Source: Christensenella sp. UBA7571
Lineage (GTDB): Bacteria > Bacillota > Clostridia > Christensenellales > CAG-917
DNA: 64,000 nucleotides
Reading direction: 5' to 3'
Assembly: GCA_002476605.1 (NCBI GenBank)
Contig: DLLD01000005.1
Span: 702 to 64,701, forward strand
Shown piece by piece: positions 58,069 through 64,000 of the stretch. Position numbers and translations under genes: made by a program. Position 1 is the first letter of the stretch. Each line of letters opens with the position of its first letter. Below the pieces are notes generated by a model. The model was not told the origin of the DNA. It saw nothing but the letters and a program-made list of their open reading frames with translations, and made no database searches.

Positions 58069-58563
58069 ATGAAAATCAAACCGAAAACCAAGAAAATCAT
58101 CGTATTGTCAGTTATGGTGTTGTTGCTCGTTGCGACGGGTGTCTTGAACTTCGTGCTCAGCGACAAACTCAACAAGACCACCGACAACGTCAACGCCGAC
58201 CAAGGCACGGTTACGCAAACGTTCTTTGCTGCGGCAAAAAGCGACCGCGATTCCACGCGTGAATCGGAGTTCCTTTATCTCGACGCGATAATGCAATCAG
58301 AATCCAGCACGGAAAGCGCAAAGAAGAGCGCGCAAGAGCAAAAACTCACGCTCGTCAGCCGTATGGAGAAAGAGCTTGCACTCGAAACGCTTATCAAAGC
58401 AAGAGGCTTTGAGGACGCAATCGTAACGATAGGGGACAAGGGCGTAAGTATCGTTGTCAACTCCACCGAACTTACCGCCGAGCAAGCAAACCAAATCCTT
58501 TCGGACGTGCTTGCCGAGACTACGTTCAAAGCGTCGGAAGTGAAGGTCATTCCGTACAACTGA
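58069..58563 (+). CDS. spoIIIAH: stage III sporulation protein AH
   Basis: One TM segment plus a YscJ/FliF-like C-terminal domain (LETLIKARGFEDAIV); position. Confidence 0.75.
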   Translation: MKIKPKTKKIIVLSVMVLLLVATGVLNFVLSDKLNKTTDNVNADQGTVTQTFFAAAKSDRDSTRESEFLYLDAIMQSESSTESAKKSAQEQKLTLVSRMEKELALETLIKARGFEDAIVTIGDKGVSIVVNSTELTAEQANQILSDVLAETTFKASEVKVIPYN

Positions 58564-58592
58564 AAACAATAATAAAGTGTTTTGCCATACTG

Positions 58593-58618
58593 CCCACGGA
58601 TAAATTCCGTGGGTTTTT
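58593..58618 (+). terminator. spoIIIA operon terminator
   Basis: CCCACGGA-TAAAT-TCCGTGGG followed by T5. Confidence 0.8.
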
Positions 58619-58704
58619 CTTTGAATAGTTTTGGCACAATAAATTTTGAGTAATGATTGATATAATTTTCGGTATGTGCTATAATACTCCAAGCGGAGGT
58701 CGAT

Positions 58705-59016
58705 ATGGCAAAAGATTCGACGAAAATCACAACTGCGCTCAGCAACGTTCTCGTATCGTTGGCAAGCGAAGCGGCGCAAGACGTGGAAGGCATTTGCCTT
58801 CTCAATTCCAAACGCAACAAAGGGGCGGTGTCCGTCTACGTGTTGCCAAACGAGAAAGTCGCGGTGGATCTGTTTATAGACATCGAGCAAGGCTATTCCG
58901 TTCCGTCCGCAGTCGCAGTGCTTCAAGAGAGAGTGAAGACTCAAATCGAGAGCGCAACCAAATTCAAAGTACAATCGGTCAACGTTCAAGTGATGAACGT
59001 AAACGTAACACAATAA
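58705..59016 (+). CDS. Asp23/Gls24-family envelope stress protein
   Basis: Family-typical 103 aa; position before nusB, as yqhY is in B. subtilis. Confidence 0.8.
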   Translation: MAKDSTKITTALSNVLVSLASEAAQDVEGICLLNSKRNKGAVSVYVLPNEKVAVDLFIDIEQGYSVPSAVAVLQERVKTQIESATKFKVQSVNVQVMNVNVTQ

Positions 59017-59020
59017 GACT

Positions 59021-59416
59021 ATGAGAAGAATTGCAAGAGAAAACGTTTTTAAGCTCGTGTTTGAATACACATTTTACGGCGTGGTCAACGACTCTACGTT
59101 GGAACTTATGCTCGTCGACAGCGACTTGACGGAAGACGATAAGAACTATATCAACTCAACCTATTTCGGCGTCGTAACCAACGAGGAAGAATTGAGAAAG
59201 GCAATTGCCGACCACCTCGAAGGTTATCGTATCGAAAGAGTGTATCGTCCCGATTACGCAGTGTTGTTGCTTGCAACGTACGAACTCAAAGAACACACCG
59301 CACCCAACGCGGTCGTTATCAACGAAGCGGTGGAACTTTCAAAGAAGTACGGCACGGACAAGTCTGGCTCGTTCGTAAACGGCGTGCTTGCCAAAATCGT
59401 AAAAGATATAAAATAA
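59021..59416 (+). CDS. nusB: transcription antitermination factor NusB
   Basis: RRIARENVFKLVFEY..., 131 aa. Confidence 0.9.
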   Translation: MRRIARENVFKLVFEYTFYGVVNDSTLELMLVDSDLTEDDKNYINSTYFGVVTNEEELRKAIADHLEGYRIERVYRPDYAVLLLATYELKEHTAPNAVVINEAVELSKKYGTDKSGSFVNGVLAKIVKDIK

Positions 59417-59547
59417 CAAAAGATAATCCCGACGTTCATATTGTGGTCAAAAAAATACGACAAACGTATGATATTTCGGGATTTTTTAATCGGAAAACGC
59501 CGAAAAATCGGTGTTTTACTGCAAAAATGGTGCATAAAGTGTCGATT

Positions 59548-60756
59548 ATGTTAGATAAAACCCCATTTTCTGAAAAAACGATATCCGTAAGCGAGGTAAA
59601 TGCCACTATAAAAGCGTGCATTGACGCTCCGATATTCAAAGGTTTGGAAGTTTTCGGTGAGGTTTCGGGCTTCAAGTTCAGCGGACCTCACGCATACTTC
59701 ACGCTCAAAGACAAGGATTCGCAATTGTCTTGCGTTTGCTTTTACGCGTCAAAGAAGTACAATCCCAAAGACGGTGAAAGCGTCATCGTAAAAGGCTCGC
59801 TCGACTATTATTTCAAAGGCGGAAGATTGTCCCTTCAAGCAAGTTCCATTCAACCCGTGGGCAAGGGTATGCTGTTTTTGGAGTTCGAGAGACTCAAAGC
59901 AAAGTTGCTTGCGGAAGGATTGTTTGACGAGGCGCACAAAAAGCCTATCCCCAAATTTGCAAAACGCGTGCTCGTGGTGACGTCCAAGACGGGCGCGGTT
60001 ATACGAGATATCGTAACGACCGTAAGACGCAAAAATCCCGTCCTCGACATCGTAGTCAAAGACGTGCGCGTGCAAGGTGAGGGCGCGGGCAAAGAGATTG
60101 CCAAAGTGCTTGAAAGGGTGGACAAACTCGGATACGACATAATCGTTATCGCTCGCGGTGGCGGTTCGCTGGAAGACCTTGCTCCGTTTTACGACGAGCA
60201 ACTCGTGAGAGCGGTGTACGCAATGAAAACTCCCGTCGTATCGGCGGTGGGACACGAGACGGACTTTTCGCTTTGCGACTTCGTTGCCGACGCGCGCGCC
60301 GCTACGCCGACAGCCGCGGGTGAATTGATTGCGTACGACTATTACGCTATGCGCGACCAACTCACGGCGGATATGCAACGTCTCAAACAAAGCGCGACGA
60401 GGGGATACGAAAGATGCGTGTCCAAGGCAAGACTGTCTTCGGCGCAATTGCAAAGACTTGCGAGCGGTTTTTATACGGCGCATCAACACAAAGTGGAAAA
60501 CTGTATCCAACGCATAAGGACGCTTGCGGAAAGAAAGATGGAGGGCGCAATCGCGCGCACGGAAAAGGCTACGGCGTCGCTTGACAATCTTTCACCGCTT
60601 AAAGTGCTCGGCAGAGGATATTTCAGATTGCAGTCGGGACAAAAGACGATAAGCAAAGTTGCGACTCTCAAGGTGGGAGAATATATAAAAGCTACGGGCG
60701 GTGACGGATCGGTCACGGCACAAATCACACAAATCGACTTGAACAAGGAGAACTGA
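59548..60756 (+). CDS. xseA: exodeoxyribonuclease VII large subunit
   Basis: SVSEVNATIK...GEVSGFK OB fold plus catalytic domain. The start is ambiguous: ATG 59527 and the track start 59443 are alternatives. Confidence 0.87.
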   Translation: MLDKTPFSEKTISVSEVNATIKACIDAPIFKGLEVFGEVSGFKFSGPHAYFTLKDKDSQLSCVCFYASKKYNPKDGESVIVKGSLDYYFKGGRLSLQASSIQPVGKGMLFLEFERLKAKLLAEGLFDEAHKKPIPKFAKRVLVVTSKTGAVIRDIVTTVRRKNPVLDIVVKDVRVQGEGAGKEIAKVLERVDKLGYDIIVIARGGGSLEDLAPFYDEQLVRAVYAMKTPVVSAVGHETDFSLCDFVADARAATPTAAGELIAYDYYAMRDQLTADMQRLKQSATRGYERCVSKARLSSAQLQRLASGFYTAHQHKVENCIQRIRTLAERKMEGAIARTEKATASLDNLSPLKVLGRGYFRLQSGQKTISKVATLKVGEYIKATGGDGSVTAQITQIDLNKEN

Positions 60757-60757
60757 T

Positions 60758-60976
60758 ATGGCAGAAATAAAAAAATTTGAAGAGGCGTTGAGCGAACTCG
60801 AAGGCATCGTAAAAAAACTCGAAGGGGATATTCCTCTCGACGAGGCTATGAACGCTTTTGAAAAAGGTATCGAACTCAGCAAAATTTGTATGGAAAACCT
60901 AAAAGCCGAAAAGGGCAAACTTGCGCTTTTGGTGGACGACATCAACAATCTCACGGAAGAGATGAAGCTTGACTGA
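60758..60976 (+). CDS. xseB: exodeoxyribonuclease VII small subunit
   Basis: FEEALSELEGIVKKLE... Confidence 0.9.
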   Translation: MAEIKKFEEALSELEGIVKKLEGDIPLDEAMNAFEKGIELSKICMENLKAEKGKLALLVDDINNLTEEMKLD

Positions 60977-60978
60977 TT

Positions 60979-61794
60979 ATGAAAATCTCGACGATTGACA
61001 AAAACGAGTTTCTTTCTATGTTCGAGCAGTCGCTCAAAAACGCGATCGGGTACGGCAATTCCGTAATCGACGAGGGTATGCGTTACGCAACTCTCGACGG
61101 CGGAAAACGCGTGCGCCCGCTTTGCGTGTATTACGGTGCGCGCTCGACTGGCAAGGACGCGGAAGTTGACGAAGTTATTTGTCTTGCCGTGGCAATCGAG
61201 CTTATCCACAACTATTCGCTCGTACACGACGATTTGCCCGCAATGGACAACGACGATTATCGTAGGGGTAAACTGTCCGTGCATAAAAAATTCGGCCACG
61301 CCAACGGAATACTCATCGGAGACCAACTTCTTACGCTTGCATCTTGCGTATTGCTTGACGGCGCAAGAGAGTTCGGTTCGCATTTCGCAAGGGCGGGACA
61401 AGAGATAACCTCCGCGGCAAAACGTATGGTTTTGGGACAAGCAAACGATTTGCAAGGTTGCGAAACCGCGGACGACTTCCTTGAAATGTATTCTCAAAAA
61501 ACCGCCGCATTGATCGTCGGTGCGTTCTGCGCGGGCGCGATTTGCGCGGGGGCGGACTTTGAGCAAATAGAAAAAATCGGTGAATACGCAACGAATATAG
61601 GCATAGCTTTCCAACTTGCCGACGACCTTTTGGACGAAGGAGAAGAGGGGAGCATCGTATCCGTACTCGGCGCGGACGAAACGCGCGACTTGCTAAATGC
61701 AAAAACACAAAAGGCAAGAGAGATATGTGCGGGCTTTTCGGGCGCAAAAGAATTGTCCGATTTTGCCGATGCGCTTTGCAATAGACAAAAATAA
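60979..61794 (+). CDS. ispA: (2E,6E)-farnesyl diphosphate synthase / polyprenyl synthetase
   Basis: DDLPAMDNDDYRRG and FQLADDLLD aspartate-rich motifs. Confidence 0.85.
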   Translation: MKISTIDKNEFLSMFEQSLKNAIGYGNSVIDEGMRYATLDGGKRVRPLCVYYGARSTGKDAEVDEVICLAVAIELIHNYSLVHDDLPAMDNDDYRRGKLSVHKKFGHANGILIGDQLLTLASCVLLDGAREFGSHFARAGQEITSAAKRMVLGQANDLQGCETADDFLEMYSQKTAALIVGAFCAGAICAGADFEQIEKIGEYATNIGIAFQLADDLLDEGEEGSIVSVLGADETRDLLNAKTQKAREICAGFSGAKELSDFADALCNRQK

Positions 61795-61825
61795 ATGAAA
61801 TATAGCGTAAACTTTCAAAAAGTTG

Positions 61826-61854
61826 TTGCCAAATTCGTTTGTTTTTGATATATT
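61826..61854 (+). promoter_or_regulatory. sigmaA promoter for tRNA cluster
   Basis: TTGCCA, 17 nt spacer, TATATT; lies 16 nt upstream of tRNA-Gly. Confidence 0.55.
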
Positions 61855-61870
61855 GTTAAAGCAATCGAAT

Positions 61871-61945
61871 GCGGGAGTGACTCAGTGGTAGAGTGTCACC
61901 TTGCCAAGGTGAAAGTCGCGGGTCCGAATCCCGTCTCCCGCTCCA
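61871..61945 (+). tRNA. tRNA-Gly (GCC), CCA encoded, unusual T-loop
   Basis: Hand-folded cloverleaf: acceptor GCGGGAG/CTCCCGC, anticodon loop TTGCCAA, T arm GCGGG-TCCGAAT-CCCGT (C instead of U at position 55). Confidence 0.8.
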
Positions 61946-62003
61946 AACGATAGTGCAGTGAAAAGAATTGAAGACGAAAACTTGAAAATGATGAAAATCA
62001 TAT

Positions 62004-62114
62004 AGACGGGATTCGGCTTCACGGAGTGAAGAGTGCAGTATGCACAGACCCGCGCGGGTTCGTTCCGCAAGGTCGCCATCGAAGATGGCTACACCGTCTC
62101 CCGCTCCAAACGAT
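62004..62114. pseudogene. scrambled tRNA-Gly 3'-half fragments (one inverted, one direct)
   Basis: AGACGGGATTCGG (62004-62016) is the reverse complement of tRNA nt 61924-61936. CCGTCTCCCGCTCCAAACGAT (62094-62114) duplicates 61931-61951. Confidence 0.7.
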
Positions 62115-62141
62115 TAGCGCATAGCAAAAATGCGCATATAC

Positions 62142-62215
62142 GGCATCATAGCCAAGAGGTAAGGCAAGGGTCTGCAAAATCCTCACCCCCAGTTCAAGTC
62201 TGGGTGATGCCTCCA
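62142..62215 (+). tRNA. tRNA-Cys (GCA), CCA encoded
   Basis: Acceptor GGCATCA/TGATGCC, anticodon loop CTGCAAA, T arm CCCAG-TTCAAGT-CTGGG. Confidence 0.88.
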
Positions 62216-62248
62216 AAAAACAAGCGACGGTATTGTCGCTTGTTTTTA
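62216..62248 (+). terminator. terminator after tRNA-Cys
   Basis: ACAAGCGAC-GGTATT-GTCGCTTGT followed by T5. Confidence 0.8.
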
Positions 62249-62249
62249 T

Positions 62250-62277
62250 TTACAAACTCAAAGCCTTGTGCTACAAT
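62250..62277 (+). promoter_or_regulatory. candidate promoter reading into R1 copy 3
   Basis: TTACAA, 16 nt spacer, TGC-TACAAT (extended -10). Confidence 0.4.
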
Positions 62278-62309
62278 AATTTTCGCTAAATGCGTAGTAA
62301 ACTTCTTTC

Positions 62310-62569
62310 GGAGAAGGAGCTTCGAGTCGCAAGGCGACGAGCGGTGGAGCGCCGAACTTGACGGATAGTACAAGTGAGCCAACGAGCGTTGTTCTTTTCG
62401 TTGGCGAACGAGTGGCATAATAAGAGGACGATACTCTTCTATGTGAGTGCCGATTGTCTCCCCCGCGAGCGATGTTCACTCTTGTAGAGAAATGCCCCTA
62501 ACCGAGTGGTGGGAGAAATGCCGGCGTGTCCGGAAAGAGGGGGTTATTCTATTTAGAGGAGTTACGACG
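62310..62569 (+). repeat. R1 interspersed element, copy 3 (diverged, shorter)
   Basis: Collinear with copies 1 and 2 but with many substitutions and a ~50-nt internal deletion. The 36-nt core at 62508-62543 is identical to 25092-25127. Confidence 0.85.
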
Positions 62570-62611
62570 CACATTAGTTGATGCGAAATTGAAATAATTA
62601 TTAAAATTTTT

Positions 62612-62636
62612 GCCGGAATGGCGGAATAGGCAGACG
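62612..62636 (+). pseudogene. duplicated 5' fragment of tRNA-Leu
   Basis: The 25 nt GCCGGAATGGCGGAATAGGCAGACG are identical to the first 25 nt of tRNA-Leu at 62713. Confidence 0.8.
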
Positions 62637-62712
62637 AATGAACGATGTTCATCCCGGCGTCTGCGCAAAGACCGTCACGCTCTATGTGAGAAAGGTGAGC
62701 AAAACTGAATAA

Positions 62713-62799
62713 GCCGGAATGGCGGAATAGGCAGACGCAAGGGACTTAAAATCCCTCGATGGAAACATCGTATCGGTTCGACCCCGATTTTCGGCACCA
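62713..62799 (+). tRNA. tRNA-Leu (UAA), CCA encoded
   Basis: Acceptor GCCGGAA/TTTCGGC, anticodon loop CTTAAAA, long variable arm CGATGGAAACATCGT, T arm ATCGG-TTCGACC-CCGAT. Confidence 0.9.
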
Positions 62800-62801
62800 A
62801 A

Positions 62802-62832
62802 CGTCCCGTATATCTCGTACGGGGCGTTTTTC
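62802..62832 (+). terminator. terminator after tRNA-Leu
   Basis: CGTCCCGTA...TACGGGGCG stem followed by T5. Confidence 0.8.
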
Positions 62833-62947
62833 TTTGTTTTCGGGCAAAATTCGTATTTACGTTCGTTTGCGACCCAAAATCTCATACCTTTGTAAGATAT
62901 CGGTACATTTGTATCGTTATCGGCGGTTATTATGCCATTAAAATCTA

Positions 62948-62976
62948 TTGCAAAGCTTTGCGCGCGATGTTATAAT
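62948..62976 (+). promoter_or_regulatory. sigmaA consensus promoter for the EAL-like gene
   Basis: TTGCAA, 17 nt spacer, TATAAT. Confidence 0.6.
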
Positions 62977-63038
62977 TAGATGATATATTGAGAAAGTATG
63001 CGTAGGCGCACTCGCGTGCGTAGGCGCAATGAGGCAAT

Positions 63039-64000
63039 ATGAATTCCACTGCATACGCAAAAAGAACGCTTTACAAACCTATCGACTTCTTTTTTAGGGG
63101 AGTCGCGGATTCTTCTACCAAGAATAAGAAGGTGGTTTTCGTCGACGCGTTCCAAATTATGAACGACCGCTATCTCGGCAGAATGAGCGTGTGCAACTAT
63201 TTCTATATTGCCGAAAGTTCCGTCCGCATAAACGAACTCAACGTTATCGCTTTTGAAGAACTGCGCAATTACGATCTCGTTATGCGCGAAAATTTCCTTA
63301 TTCCCGACGTCACGTACTGTCTTGCGGTGTCCACGCGTTTTTTGGACAACGACAAAGATTTTGACATTCTTTTGACCTTGCTCAAAGACTACGGCTACAA
63401 AAAGAACAATTTGATAATCTCGTTTTTCGTGAGTTCGCTCGTGTCTTTGGACGAAAAGGGCAGAGCGCGTTACAACCGTTTGCGCAAGGCGGGATACAAG
63501 ATTTGCGCGTCGGCGTACGGTGAAGATTACAATTCGCTCGACGTATTCGGTGAATTCAATTTCGATTATTTGAGATGCGAGTCGCAATACTTTGACGCTA
63601 CGCCCAATAAGAAGAAAGTGCTTGCTATGCTCGTGAATTTCTGCAAAGCAAACAAAATCGGCTTTATTATGGAAGGCGTGGACTCTCCCGCTCAATACGC
63701 AAGATACAAGCGCGAGGGCGTCAAGCTTATGACGGGCAGAGCGGTGTCAAAACTCTCTCGCTGGGTCACTAACGAGTTTTTGGGAGTGAAAGCACCCGCG
63801 GGCAAGGAAAAGGAAGCGTATCTCAAAAAACTGCAAAAGGACCTTGACGCAAAGAAGAAAGCGGAAGATGCGGAACTCGACGCGCTCCGCCAAGCGGCAA
63901 TAGAGAAAGCGCAAGCGGAGGACGGAAGCAAGGTTATGCCGAGCGCACCGAGACCCGAACTTGCAAAATCTCCTTATCAAATAAGGCTGGAACAACAAAA
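63039..64000 (+). CDS. degenerate EAL-domain-like protein, 3' end outside window
   Basis: My own translation from ATG 63039 (absent from the ORF track because no stop lies inside the window): MNSTAYAKRTLYKPIDFF...ICASAYGEDYNSLDVFGEFNFDYLRCE...GFIMEGVDSPAQYARYKREGVKLMTGRAVSK. It follows EAL domain order, but the DDFG-type metal ligands are replaced. Confidence 0.55.
   Translation, partial: MNSTAYAKRTLYKPIDFFFRGVADSSTKNKKVVFVDAFQIMNDRYLGRMSVCNYFYIAESSVRINELNVIAFEELRNYDLVMRENFLIPDVTYCLAVSTRFLDNDKDFDILLTLLKDYGYKKNNLIISFFVSSLVSLDEKGRARYNRLRKAGYKICASAYGEDYNSLDVFGEFNFDYLRCESQYFDATPNKKKVLAMLVNFCKANKIGFIMEGVDSPAQYARYKREGVKLMTGRAVSKLSRWVTNEFLGVKAPAGKEKEAYLKKLQKDLDAKKKAEDAELDALRQAAIEKAQAEDGSKVMPSAPRPELAKSPYQIRLEQQ

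Noticed and set aside
61946-62712. Integrated prophage or genomic island at the tRNA cluster.
   Set aside because: tRNA fragments are present, but the intervals between them are only 100-150 nt. There is no integrase or any other island gene in the window.

Overview
Core-chromosome window from a spore-forming Firmicute, probably Clostridia-like; this is inferred from gene content and synteny, not from a search. There are about 59 protein genes, almost all on the + strand. They fall into blocks that mirror Bacillus/Clostridium housekeeping synteny: glyQS; coaX-PPTase-ACP; yfcE-like/rdgB; Na/Pi transporter; dinB; galE-galU; fused mcsA/mcsB-clpC; hpf; pgi; ruvC-ruvA-ruvB-queA-tgt-yajC-secD-secF-recJ-relA-MBL hydrolase-HemZ-like; rpsO-pnp-deacetylase-M16 peptidase; ftsK-rimO-pgsA-cinA-recA-rny; efp-spoIIIAA..AH-asp23-nusB-xseA-xseB-ispA. 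These are followed by tRNA-Gly, tRNA-Cys, tRNA-Leu and a degenerate EAL-like gene that runs off the window. I found no CRISPR array, prophage, transposase, toxin-antitoxin pair or defence island, and no protein-coding system that looks new. The unusual content is non-coding: many of the long intergenic gaps carry a mosaic of interspersed repeat modules. (1) R1 is a 260-340 nt element present as three + strand copies (24813, 53142, 62310) plus an inverted half copy (27167). Diverged copies keep three helices through compensatory changes and share an identical 36-nt core, so R1 is a candidate undescribed structured RNA or mobile RNA-like element. (2) Four arrays (17031, 21724, 27014, 40283) each carry 4-5 copies of the 9-mer AGTGATATT, phased about 22 nt apart and separated by different perfect hairpins. 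(3) Smaller modules comprise a short hairpin module X (GATTSCCACG...CTCGSAATGAC), GGAATATTCC palindromes, and AT-heptamer repeats followed by a G-rich hairpin. (4) Long hairpins of 106-126 nt with a sequence-conserved internal loop sit immediately after the pnp and efp stop codons. Secondary oddities: a 20-bp alternating-GC inverted repeat inside the spoIIIA operon; scrambled tRNA-Gly and tRNA-Leu fragments; a tRNA-Gly with a non-canonical T-loop; a YajC with a duplicated Cys-rich tail; a 63-aa Cys-rich peptide; a fused McsA-McsB; and a catalytically degenerate ABC ATPase wedged between pgi and ruvC. All product calls come from reading the translations against remembered family motifs. No database search was possible.
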